From Thermoanaerobaculia bacterium (GTDB taxonomy: Bacteria; Acidobacteriota; Thermoanaerobaculia; UBA5066): a stretch of 64,000 bases of DNA. This document shows positions 49,088-58,375 of the stretch, in pieces. A program made the position numbers and the translations under genes. Numbering within the stretch: the stretch's first letter is position 1; each line of letters starts with the position of its first letter. Below the pieces are notes generated by a model that worked only from the letters and a program-made list of their open reading frames with translations, was not told where the DNA came from and searched no databases. The stretch covers positions 608,001 to 672,000 of the forward strand of contig CAWFJJ010000024.1 of assembly GCA_963816185.1 (NCBI GenBank). Reading direction: 5' to 3'.

Positions 49088-49558
49088 ATGGCAGTGAAGA
49101 AGAAGACGAAGAAGAAGGCCGCGTCGCGAAACACGCGCCCGAAGAAGGCAAAAGCCGCACCGGCGAAGGGCCTCAGCATGAGCTCGGCGTCACCTTCCTT
49201 CACGGTGGGCGACATTCAGAAGAGCCTCGCCTGGTACAAGGACGTCCTCGGGTTCGGCGTCGAAGAGCGCTGGGAGCAGGAGGGGAAGCTGGCCGGAGTG
49301 CTGGTTGTGGCGGGCGACGTTCGCTTCATGCTCGGGCAGGACGACTGGAAGAAGGGTCGCGACCGGAAGAAGGGAGAAGGCTTCCGCATTTATTGTGAGA
49401 CGAAGCAGGACGTCGACGAGCTCGCGGGGAAGATCAAGGCGCACGGAGGCACGCTCGATGAGGAGCCGCACGACGAGCCCTGGGGCACCCGGGACTTCAC
49501 CCTCACCGATCCCGACGGGTTCAAGCTCACGATCGCGAGAGAAGTGAAAAAGCGCTAG
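49088..49558 (+). CDS. VOC/glyoxalase-family protein
   Basis: SLAWYKDVLGF, EPWGTRDF, DPDGFKL; Lys-rich N-terminal tail. Confidence 0.88.
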   Translation: MAVKKKTKKKAASRNTRPKKAKAAPAKGLSMSSASPSFTVGDIQKSLAWYKDVLGFGVEERWEQEGKLAGVLVVAGDVRFMLGQDDWKKGRDRKKGEGFRIYCETKQDVDELAGKIKAHGGTLDEEPHDEPWGTRDFTLTDPDGFKLTIAREVKKR

Positions 49559-50025
49559 GGAAAGCCGCTTTCCGAGCGTGCCCGGATCTTGGCGTCGATG
49601 AAGTCAGGATGAGGGACGTGGAGTAGCCCCGCGATCTTTCGGACCAAGTGCTCCTCTTCCGGATCCTTCTCTCCGTCGGCGAAGGCGATCAGCCACAGAA
49701 GCTCCACGATGCGTTTCTTCTGCGCGGCCGAAAACTCGTGGTCGACGAGACGCGTGAACTCGTAGAGCGAGGTCGCCTTGCGCGCCTCGGCCTCGCCCAG
49801 CCTCACCAGCTCCTCCGACTCCTCCCGGGAGAGACCGAAGGTGCCCTGGATGGCCGTGCGCATGACGGTCAGCTCCTCGTCGGTTACCTTGCCGTCGGCG
49901 CGAACGACCTCGAAGAGGAGAGCGGAGGCTGCAAGCTTCAGCGCGTGATCGCGGGTCTCCCCCGAATCCTCAGCGGCGCGGGCCGAAACGCGCTCCTCGA
50001 AGTAGCGCTTGAACGACTCCCACAT
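49555..50025 (-). CDS. TerB-family protein
   Basis: ALLFEVVRADGKVTDEE and LWLIAFADG..DPEEE..RKIAGLL. Confidence 0.85.
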   Translation of the reverse strand: MWESFKRYFEERVSARAAEDSGETRDHALKLAASALLFEVVRADGKVTDEELTVMRTAIQGTFGLSREESEELVRLGEAEARKATSLYEFTRLVDHEFSAAQKKRIVELLWLIAFADGEKDPEEEHLVRKIAGLLHVPHPDFIDAKIRARSESGFP

Positions 50026-50103
50026 GTCCGGAGGCTACAACGAGTCTCGTTCGACGGACACGCGATCGGGCACAAGATGCTTTAGATGCTTTAATCCGCG
50101 GCC

Positions 50104-51399
50104 GTGACGGCTGCGGACCCGCATGGCGCGATCGAAGCGATCTGGCACATCGAGTCGGCGAAGATCATCGCCTCTCTCGCGAGGATCGTGGGCGACGTCG
50201 GGCTCGCCGAGGATCTCGCGCAAGATGCGCTCGTGGCCGCGCTCGAGAGGTGGCCGGAATCCGGCGTTCCGGACAACCCGGGCGCCTGGCTCATGGCCAC
50301 GGCGAAGAATCGCGCGATCGACGTCCTGCGCCGGAACAGGCGTCACGAGACGAAGCACGAGGAGCTGGGCCGCGTGATCGAGGCGCGGCAGGAGAGGGCG
50401 GTGGCGGACTTCGACGCGGCGATCGACGACGACGTCGGCGACGACCTCCTGCGCCTCGTGTTCACGTCCTGTCATCCGGTTCTCTCCTCCGAGGCGCGCG
50501 TCGCGCTCACGCTCCGACTGCTCGGAGGCCTGACGACGGGGGAGATCGCGCGCGCGTTCCTCGTTCCCGAGTCGACCGTCGCCCAGCGAATCGTCCGCGC
50601 CAAGCGGAGCCTCGCCGAAGCGCACGTCCCCTTCGAGGTTCCCCGCGAGGCCGAGCGCGCCGCGCGCCTTTCGTCGGTGCTCGAGGTCCTCTATTTGATC
50701 TTCAACGAGGGCTACTCGGCAACCGCCGGCGAGGACTGGATGCGTCCGCAGCTCTGCGAGGAGGCTCTCCGTCTCGGCCGCATCCTGGCCGAGCTCGTGC
50801 CGAAAGAGCCGGAGGTTCACGGCCTCGTGGCACTCATGGAGATCCAGGCGTCTCGGATCGGAGCGCGGACCGGCCCGTCGGGAGAGCCCGTCCTGCTCCT
50901 CGATCAGGACCGCGCGCGCTGGGATCAGCTCCTCATCCGTCGCGGCCTCGGAGCGCTGGAGCTTGCCGAAGCGCTCGGCGGTGCGCGTGGCCCGTATGCG
51001 CTCCAGGCCGGGATCGCGGCCTGTCATGCGCGGGCGCGAACCTCCGCGGAGACGGACTGGGCGCGGATCGTGGCGCTGTACGACGCGCTCGTGGGGATCG
51101 CACCGTCGCCCGTCGTGGAGCTGAACCGCGCGGTGGCGGTCTCGATGGCGTCCGGGCCGGAAGCGGGCCTCGAGCTCGTCGATGCTCTGAAGGCCGAGCC
51201 TTCACTCGAGGAGTACCACCTCCTGTCGAGCGTGCGCGGGGACCTTCTCGCGAAGGTCGGCCGCGGGGACGAGGCACGTGCGGAGTTCGAGCGCGCGGCC
51301 TCGCTCACGCGCAACGCGCGCGAGCGCTCGCTGCTCCTCGGTCGCGCTGCCGCTTGCGCGCGAGGATCGGCGCCGGCGCCGCAGCGATCACGAGAGTGA
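50104..51399 (+). CDS. ECF42-like RNA polymerase sigma factor with C-terminal TPR extension
   Basis: AEDLAQDA, NPGAWL, LRLVFTSCHP, YLIFNEGY, DQDRARW, VVELNRAVA. Confidence 0.92.
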   Translation: MTAADPHGAIEAIWHIESAKIIASLARIVGDVGLAEDLAQDALVAALERWPESGVPDNPGAWLMATAKNRAIDVLRRNRRHETKHEELGRVIEARQERAVADFDAAIDDDVGDDLLRLVFTSCHPVLSSEARVALTLRLLGGLTTGEIARAFLVPESTVAQRIVRAKRSLAEAHVPFEVPREAERAARLSSVLEVLYLIFNEGYSATAGEDWMRPQLCEEALRLGRILAELVPKEPEVHGLVALMEIQASRIGARTGPSGEPVLLLDQDRARWDQLLIRRGLGALELAEALGGARGPYALQAGIAACHARARTSAETDWARIVALYDALVGIAPSPVVELNRAVAVSMASGPEAGLELVDALKAEPSLEEYHLLSSVRGDLLAKVGRGDEARAEFERAASLTRNARERSLLLGRAAACARGSAPAPQRSRE

Positions 51400-51415
51400 G
51401 CGGCTCTCGAGGCTC

Positions 51416-54400
51416 CTACGCCGCTCCCGGAGCCGCCAGCCGCCTGTGGTGCGCCTTCACCTGGCCGACGAACGCCTCCAGCACCATCCGTCTCGAAGGG
51501 TCCTCCGCGCCCGAGTAGACCGCGGTGATGATCGGCAGGCCGTCGTAGTCGCGCCGGATCCTCTCGATGATCGCCGCGGAGGCGTTTCCGACCATGCAGC
51601 CGAAGCAGATGGCGTTGACGATCCCGTCGACCCCGCCCTGCGCGAAGTCGACGATCTTCGCGACGTTGAGGTAGAGAAGCTCGTGGGCCTCGTTCGGCAT
51701 GTAGGGAGCCGCGAGCTTCTTGAGCTCGAGGTAGCCGGGCTCGTCACGGTGCGCCATCTGTGACCCGACGACGCGCCGCGTGCGCCACACCTGGAGCTCG
51801 CGCCGGAGCGCGACGGGGCCGTGGACGAGGAGCCGGGAGAGATCATGCGACGCGAGGCTCTGGTGGACCCGGCGGGAGATGTCGAAATCGATGAGGTCGA
51901 TCTGGAACGGCGAGGGCCACACCTCCAGCCCTTGCCCTTCGAGCCAGCGGACGACGTCGTGGTTGCCCGCGGGGTTCACCCTCGTGTAGATGTCGCCCGC
52001 GAGGCCGACGATCGGCCGCGTACGGCGCCCCTTCACCGGGACCGCCGCGAGAGAGCGGAGAGAATCGTCGAGGGCACCCAGCACGTCGCCTCCCGCGATC
52101 GCGGTCTCGATGCGCTCGAGGTTCCGCCGGTGGACCGCGTCCGTCGAGCCCGCCGCGAGCTCGTACGGGCGGACCTGGCAAACGGCCTTCGCGAGGAGCT
52201 CGATGGCGAGAAGTCCGACGTAAAGGCGTTCGATCGCGTCGATCCCGAAGGCCGTCAGGAGCTCCGCTGCGTTCGGTGAGCTCACGCGGATGCCTTCGGT
52301 GCCGAGCCGCGAGAGGAGCGACTCCATGCTCTGCCCGTATTCGTGTAACAGGCACGGGATCGACGTGCCGGGAAAGAAGAAGACCGTCCCGCCGGCGCGC
52401 TGATGCTGCAGGTTGACGAGATCCCCCGCGATCGCCGAGTAGGCGTGACACTCCTTGCCGAGGGAGTACCTCTCTCCGAGTGCCCGGATCTCCGGTCCCG
52501 GAAGCGGCAGCACGCGCGCGTCATGTCCCTTCAGCCTGAAGAGGCCGCTGAAGGCGTACGCGTGATCGGCGAAGTAGGGAATCCGGACCGATGTGGGAAC
52601 CTTCGGGATGAACGCCGCCGCGCGCCGCGGGACTCCCGACCCTGCCTTGGCCCGGCGGGGTCCGCCGCCGAGCTGATCGAGGAACGCCTCGATGCGGGTC
52701 ACGAGGCCCGCCTCGCCTCGGTGTTCGTCGATCTCGAGGGTGAGGTGGGGCTTCCGGCCGAGCGCCTCCTCGATCCGCGGCACGGCGAAGCCGTCGGGTC
52801 CGCAGCCGAAGCAGGAGACGAGGGCCGGGTGGACGTCGTCGACTCCCGCAAGGGCGATCGCCGCCTCGTGGGTGTCCGCCGGGAAGCGCCAGGGAAGCTC
52901 CGAACGCCCGTCGCCGTCCGAAGGAAGCGGGAGCATGCCGACAGGGATACCGAGCACGCCGAGTCTCCTCAGCCGCTCGAAGAGCGCGAGGTTCGCATAG
53001 GCGTCGAGCGTGACGTAGGGTCGCCCGAGGATCGCGAAGACGTGACGCGTTGTGCCCGACGCAATGAGATCTTTCGCCCGCTCGCGGAAGACCTCGTCGA
53101 GCTCGCGCTGGGCGAACCGCGCGGCGCGGAACGCGTCGCACACGCTGCTCGTCGAGACGCCGAGGATCTCCCGGTAAGGGTCGAAGCCCGCGGCGAAAGC
53201 CTGCTCGCTCTCGAACGTCACGACCGGCGAGAGAAGGCGTGACCTCTCGGGAGCGCCGACGAGGAACGGCTCCGCCATCGTGTAGGGGCAGGAGAACGAG
53301 CGCGCCGGGTCGTCGCCGGGCAGAACCGTGATTGCGGGAACGAAGACGAGATCGACCCCGCGCGCGAGGAGGCCGTGGACGTGGCCCGTGACGAGCTTCA
53401 TCGGGAGGCACATGCCGACGGAGAGATGCTCGAGCCCGAGCGCGAGCGTCTCCGGGGACGATGGATCCGAGAGGACGGGCCGATGGCCCAGCTCCTGGAA
53501 AAAAGTCGCCCAGAACGGGAGGGCGCCGAGCAGGCTCGAGGCGCGAGGGACGCCGATGCTCAGGCCGGAGCCGCCGCCCCGTGAGAACAGCGCCTCGCAC
53601 CGCTCCAGGTACTCGGCGGCGAGGTTCGGGACGGGGCACGCGAGCGAAGACTCCCTGCTCGTGTATCGCTCACAGGTGTCGCCGAAGAACGCCCTCCCCG
53701 CAGTTCCTGCGGCGATGACGTTCACCTCGCACCGGTTCGAGCAGTGGCGGCACTCGAACGACTTCAGCTTCAGCCCCTGCCGGGGGGCGAAACCGGTGAA
53801 ACGGGACGCCGCGGGCTTCGCCGCCGCGGCTCGTGCGGAGCGCGCAGCCAGCGCTGCGCCAATCGCGCCCGAGACCCGGTTGAAGGGGTGAACTTCGATC
53901 TCTCTCCCGAGCGCCCTCTCGAATGCCGCGACCACCGCGTCGTTCGAGGCGACGCCTCCCTGGAAGACGACTCGTCGCCCGACGGGCCGCGGTCCGACGA
54001 CTTTGTCGAGGTAGTTCCTCACGATCGAGTACGCGAGGCCCGCGCAGACGTCCTCGACGGCCGCGCCGGCACCGAGAGCGCCGACGACCTCGGTCCCCAT
54101 GAAGACCGTGCAGCGCGAGCCGAGGTCGAGAGGAGCGCCCGCGAAAGCGCGTGGGGCGAAGTCGCGGCAGACGTCGATTCCGAGGTCACGCGATTGCTCT
54201 TCGAGGAACGAGCCGGTCCCGGCCGCGCAGACCTTGTTCATGGCGAAGTCCGACATCGCGCCGTCTCGTACCGCGATGAACTTCGAATCCTGGCCGCCGA
54301 TCTCGAAGACGGTGTCGACGTCCGGGAAGTAGCGCTGTGCCGCGAGGAGCTGGCAGGTGATCTCGTTCTTGACGACGTCGGCGCCGACGAGCCTGCCGGC

Positions 54401-55537
54401 CAGGTGCCGTCCGCTCCCCGTCGCCCCGCAGCCGAGCACGCTCAGATGAGGTCCGAAACGGCGCTCCAGCACGGAGAGCGCCTCGTAGAGAACCTCGGCC
54501 GGACGGCCGCGCGTCGGCAGGTAGACGGACGAGATCGGCTCGCCGCCCTCGTCGAGAACCACGACGTCCGTGCTCACGGAGCCGACGTCGACGCCGAGGA
54601 AACCCTCCACGTCGGTGGCGGCCTCGCACGCGGGTTCTGCGGGCGCCGCACGCCGGATCCGCCTCCGGAGCGGCGCGAGCGTCGTCGCGCTCCGCAGATC
54701 CCGCGAGAGGAGCGCGGAGAGAAGACGCCTCACCTCGGCGATCGGCAGCTCGGGCATCTCCGAGTCGCGCGCCGCGAGGGCGGCCCCGATCGCTCCCTCG
54801 AGGCCGGGTTGCGACGAGACCAGGAAGAGCGCCGGGTCGGCGAAGTCCAGAGCCTCGCGGAACGCCCGCAGGATGCCTTCGTTCCGCGCGCACCCGCCGG
54901 CGATGACGACGGGGGCCGCGATGCGCTTGCCTTTCACGAGCGTCGCGAGGTCGTTCCGGACGATCGCCATGCAGAGCCCGTAGGCGATCTCCGGCAGGGG
55001 AGTCCCCTTCTGCTGGAGATGGATCATGTCGGAGGCCGCGAAGACCGAGCAGCGCCCCGCGATCGTGGCCGCGCGTCGCGCGCCTGCCGCGAGCTCGGAG
55101 AGCTCGCGAATCGAGAGGCCGAGCCGCCTCGCCTGCTGCTCCAGGAAGGAGCCAGTGCCCGCCGCGCACGCTTCGTTCGTCGCGAAGTCGCGGACCTCTC
55201 CCCGATCGCCGAAGGCGATGAGCTTCGACGTGTGTCCGCCGACTTCGAGGACGGCGCGAGCCTCGGGGTGCAGCGTTCTCACTCCCGCGGCTGTGGCGAG
55301 GATGCCGTTCACCGCGGAGGCGCCGCGGAAGAGAGATCCGGCCTCGCTCCCGACGGATCCGAGCTTCAGCCCTTTCGTGGGTTGCCGCGCCTCGATGTCC
55401 TCGAGGAACGCGTCGAGGGCCGCCGCGTCGTCCTGGTCTCTTCTCCGGTAAAGCACGGGCCCCAGAAGGCCGCCTTCACCGAGAACGACTGCCTTCGTGG
55501 TTGCGGAGCCGATGTCGATTCCGAGGCACGGAATCAT
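51416..55537 (-). CDS. 2-hydroxyacyl-CoA dehydratase activase-like fusion (two BadF/BcrA ATPase domains + DUF2229-like regions)
   Basis: GIDIGSATTK, CAAGTGSFLE twice, GVDVGSVST, EIGGQDSK, CxxC..C, CFGCGPD, EIDEH, TRIEAF. Confidence 0.9.
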   Translation of the reverse strand: MIPCLGIDIGSATTKAVVLGEGGLLGPVLYRRRDQDDAAALDAFLEDIEARQPTKGLKLGSVGSEAGSLFRGASAVNGILATAAGVRTLHPEARAVLEVGGHTSKLIAFGDRGEVRDFATNEACAAGTGSFLEQQARRLGLSIRELSELAAGARRAATIAGRCSVFAASDMIHLQQKGTPLPEIAYGLCMAIVRNDLATLVKGKRIAAPVVIAGGCARNEGILRAFREALDFADPALFLVSSQPGLEGAIGAALAARDSEMPELPIAEVRRLLSALLSRDLRSATTLAPLRRRIRRAAPAEPACEAATDVEGFLGVDVGSVSTDVVVLDEGGEPISSVYLPTRGRPAEVLYEALSVLERRFGPHLSVLGCGATGSGRHLAGRLVGADVVKNEITCQLLAAQRYFPDVDTVFEIGGQDSKFIAVRDGAMSDFAMNKVCAAGTGSFLEEQSRDLGIDVCRDFAPRAFAGAPLDLGSRCTVFMGTEVVGALGAGAAVEDVCAGLAYSIVRNYLDKVVGPRPVGRRVVFQGGVASNDAVVAAFERALGREIEVHPFNRVSGAIGAALAARSARAAAAKPAASRFTGFAPRQGLKLKSFECRHCSNRCEVNVIAAGTAGRAFFGDTCERYTSRESSLACPVPNLAAEYLERCEALFSRGGGSGLSIGVPRASSLLGALPFWATFFQELGHRPVLSDPSSPETLALGLEHLSVGMCLPMKLVTGHVHGLLARGVDLVFVPAITVLPGDDPARSFSCPYTMAEPFLVGAPERSRLLSPVVTFESEQAFAAGFDPYREILGVSTSSVCDAFRAARFAQRELDEVFRERAKDLIASGTTRHVFAILGRPYVTLDAYANLALFERLRRLGVLGIPVGMLPLPSDGDGRSELPWRFPADTHEAAIALAGVDDVHPALVSCFGCGPDGFAVPRIEEALGRKPHLTLEIDEHRGEAGLVTRIEAFLDQLGGGPRRAKAGSGVPRRAAAFIPKVPTSVRIPYFADHAYAFSGLFRLKGHDARVLPLPGPEIRALGERYSLGKECHAYSAIAGDLVNLQHQRAGGTVFFFPGTSIPCLLHEYGQSMESLLSRLGTEGIRVSSPNAAELLTAFGIDAIERLYVGLLAIELLAKAVCQVRPYELAAGSTDAVHRRNLERIETAIAGGDVLGALDDSLRSLAAVPVKGRRTRPIVGLAGDIYTRVNPAGNHDVVRWLEGQGLEVWPSPFQIDLIDFDISRRVHQSLASHDLSRLLVHGPVALRRELQVWRTRRVVGSQMAHRDEPGYLELKKLAAPYMPNEAHELLYLNVAKIVDFAQGGVDGIVNAICFGCMVGNASAAIIERIRRDYDGLPIITAVYSGAEDPSRRMVLEAFVGQVKAHHRRLAAPGAA

Positions 55538-55600
55538 GTAAGGTTCATATAGAGCCTCGGAGGAGACGATTCAATGGCTCAGGTGTGTCAGCGCTGCCTC

Positions 55601-56457
55601 GCCGAGCGTGAAGAAGGCGTTCGCCGCGAACGCCTGGGTGATGGTCAGTTGCTCTTCGAGGTGCCGACCGGAGTCGTGGCGGATACGTTCGGGAGGAGGA
55701 CCTCCTACTTGCTCGGCTCTGCGACGCTCTTCGTCTCGACTCTGCTGTACCTGCTGATGTGGCGCGTCCATGGTCCGTTCTGGACGTGGGCCGCGTCCTC
55801 CATGCTGCTCGGGCTCGGCTTTACGTTCTTCTCCGGCGCGACCGAAGCTTGGCTGGTCGACGGTCTGCGGTTCGCCGGGTACTCGGGCACCCTGGAGTCC
55901 GCGTTTGCCAAAGGCCAGATCGCGGGCGGTGTCGCGATGCTGACCGGCACTCTGGCCGGCGGCGCGATCGCCCAGGTCACGAATCTGGGCGTGCCCTACA
56001 TTCTGCGAGCCGTGATGCTCGCACCGACGTTCCTCGTCGCGCTCCTCTCGATGCATGACGTCGGGGCCCGGATCTTCCGGCGGAGGACCTCGCTCTTCCT
56101 CGTCGGTTCGATCGTGAGCACGCCGCCTTGGCCCTCATCGGCCTGGCGCCGAGCTTCTGGGTCGCGTTGACCCTGTTGTCCGTCTGGGCGCTCGTCTTCG
56201 CCGCCACGGGGCCCGTGCGCGAAGCCTTCATCAACGACCTGATCCCGTCGGACGAACGAGCCACCATCCTGTCGACCGACAACCTCCTCGGCTCGTCGGG
56301 AGGCGTCGTCTTTCAGCCGGTGCTGGGGAAAGTGGCCGACGCCTGGAGCTACTCGACCTCGTACATCGCCGGCGCCTGCGTCGAGCTGCTCTCCGTGCCG
56401 TTCATCCTCCTCGCCCGCCGCGAGAACGCGCCTTCCGACCCGCTCCGGAAATCATGA
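55601..56457 (+). pseudogene. Decayed MFS transporter (5' truncation, micro-inversion, internal deletion, frameshift)
   Basis: GQLLFEVPTGVVADTFGRR, FFSGATEAWLVD and ERATILS; the preceding motif QAFAANAFFTLG is on the opposite strand. Confidence 0.8.
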
Positions 56458-57284
56458 TCGTTCATCTCGTCGACGGCACGTACGAGCTCTTCCGCCACTT
56501 CTACGGCCTCCGCCGCTTCACGAAAGGCGAGGATCCGCCGCACGGCGCGGTGATCGGCGTGCTCAATACGGTCCTGCAGATGATCGAGACGGGAGCGACG
56601 CACGTCGGCGTGGCGACCGATCACGTCATCGAGTCCTTCCGGAACGGACTCTGGCCCGGCTACAAGACGGGGGAGGGCGTGGAGCGCGGGCTCCTCGCGC
56701 AATTCCATCCGCTCGAAGAGGCCCTCACCGCCATGGGGATCGCCGTCTGGCCCATGAGCGAGCTGGAGGCCGACGACGCGCTCGCTTCGGCTGCGCGGAT
56801 CGCATTTGAAATCGACGACGTCGAGAAAGTCTGCATCTGGACTCCCGACAAGGACCTGGCCCAGTGCGTCCGCGGCACGCGAGTCGTGCAAGTCGACCGC
56901 CGCGGCCAGAAGATCCGCGACGCGGAAGGGGTGCGCGAGAAGTTCGGCGTCGAGCCCGCCCTCATTCCCGATTTCCTCGCCCTCGTCGGCGACGCGGCCG
57001 ACGGCTATCCGGGCATTCGAGGAATCGGCCGGGTCGGGGCTGCGCGGCTCCTGAACCGACACGGCACGATCGAGAGCTTCCCGCCTGCCGTCCTCGGGGA
57101 CAACCGCGACCTGGCTCTCCTCTTCAAGGATCTCGCGACGCTCCGGACGGACGCGCCCCTCTTCCGCGACGTTGACGAACTCAGATGGCGTGGACCGACG
57201 AAGGCGTTTGCGGCATGGGCGGATCGTCTGGGAGACGCGCAACTGCTGGAGAGGTGCCTCGCGGCGGGCCGTCGCGTGGCGTAA
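56454..57284 (+). CDS. Stand-alone 5'-3' exonuclease / flap endonuclease
   Basis: LVDGTYELFR, SFRN..GYK, EADD, PDKDL, ALVGDAADGYPGI.GIG (H3TH). Confidence 0.92.
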   Translation: MIVHLVDGTYELFRHFYGLRRFTKGEDPPHGAVIGVLNTVLQMIETGATHVGVATDHVIESFRNGLWPGYKTGEGVERGLLAQFHPLEEALTAMGIAVWPMSELEADDALASAARIAFEIDDVEKVCIWTPDKDLAQCVRGTRVVQVDRRGQKIRDAEGVREKFGVEPALIPDFLALVGDAADGYPGIRGIGRVGAARLLNRHGTIESFPPAVLGDNRDLALLFKDLATLRTDAPLFRDVDELRWRGPTKAFAAWADRLGDAQLLERCLAAGRRVA

Positions 57285-57308
57285 GCTGAACCCGGTGTCA
57301 AAACGCGA

Positions 57309-58337
57309 ATGACGTCCAGGCTGATCCGTTCCGCGGCGCTCGTCGTGGCGATTGGCGTCGGCCTGAGCGTGCGCGCCGCGGGCCCCGCCTCCTTCGCGGA
57401 CGTCGTCCGGAAAAAACCCGATGTGACGATCGTCGTCACGGACTCGGGCCTCGGCGGGCTCTCGGTTGCGGCCGACCTCGCGGCGCGACTGCCCGCGAGC
57501 GGCATCGTTCGCTCGGCGCGCATCGTGTTCGTGAACGCGGAGCCCGACGCCGCCTTCGGCTATAACGACATGAAGCGCGAGGCCGACAAGGTCCGCGTCT
57601 TCGACGGCGCTCTGGCGGCGATGGAAGAGCGCTATCGGCCCGACCTGATCCTGATCGCCTGCAACACGCTGTCGGTCGTCTACCCAGGCACCGCGCACGC
57701 GAAGATGGGCGGCACCGAGACGGTCGAGATCGTCGGCCTCGGCGCCGACTTGATTCGCCGGGAGCTCGCGACGAAGCCGGGCGCGACGGCCGTCGTGTTC
57801 GCGACGAAGACGACGATCGAATCCGGGGCCCACAAGAAGCTCCTCGTCGAGGCAGGCGTCCCGGCCGAAAAGGTCGTCGGTGAAGCCTGCCCCCGCCTCG
57901 CGGGCGCGATCGAACGCGGCTCCGCGAGCGAGGAGACCGTGGCCTACGTGAAGAAGTTCGTCGCCGAGGCGCTGGAGAAGAAGCCGGCGAAAGGCGGCCC
58001 TCTCGTCGTGAGCCTCAACTGCACGCACTTCGGCTATGTGAAGCGGCTCTGGGAGCAGGCGTTCGAGGCGGCGGGGTACCCGGGCGTGAGGGTTCTCGAC
58101 CCGAATTCGCTCATGACGGACCTGGTCCTCCGGGAGGGGAGCGAGAAGCGCTTCCCGAAGACCTCCGTCACGGTCGAGGCGATCTCGAAGGTGCCGATCG
58201 ACGAGGCCACGCGCGCGAACCTCGGCGCGCTTCTGAGGGCCGTCTCGCCGCAGACGGCGGACGCTCTCGCACACGTCCGGCACGATCCCGCCCTCTTTCC
58301 GGCCGTCGTGGATCCCGCGGCGATCATCGCGCGCTGA
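57309..58337 (+). CDS. Asp/Glu racemase-family (MurI-like) protein with N-terminal signal peptide
   Basis: DSGLGGLSV, IACNT and NCTHF catalytic motifs; leader MTSRLIRSAALVVAIGVGLSVRA. Confidence 0.85.
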   Translation: MTSRLIRSAALVVAIGVGLSVRAAGPASFADVVRKKPDVTIVVTDSGLGGLSVAADLAARLPASGIVRSARIVFVNAEPDAAFGYNDMKREADKVRVFDGALAAMEERYRPDLILIACNTLSVVYPGTAHAKMGGTETVEIVGLGADLIRRELATKPGATAVVFATKTTIESGAHKKLLVEAGVPAEKVVGEACPRLAGAIERGSASEETVAYVKKFVAEALEKKPAKGGPLVVSLNCTHFGYVKRLWEQAFEAAGYPGVRVLDPNSLMTDLVLREGSEKRFPKTSVTVEAISKVPIDEATRANLGALLRAVSPQTADALAHVRHDPALFPAVVDPAAIIAR

Positions 58338-58375
58338 GAGCGCCGGCGAGGGGCTGGCGCCACGACCGTGAACCC

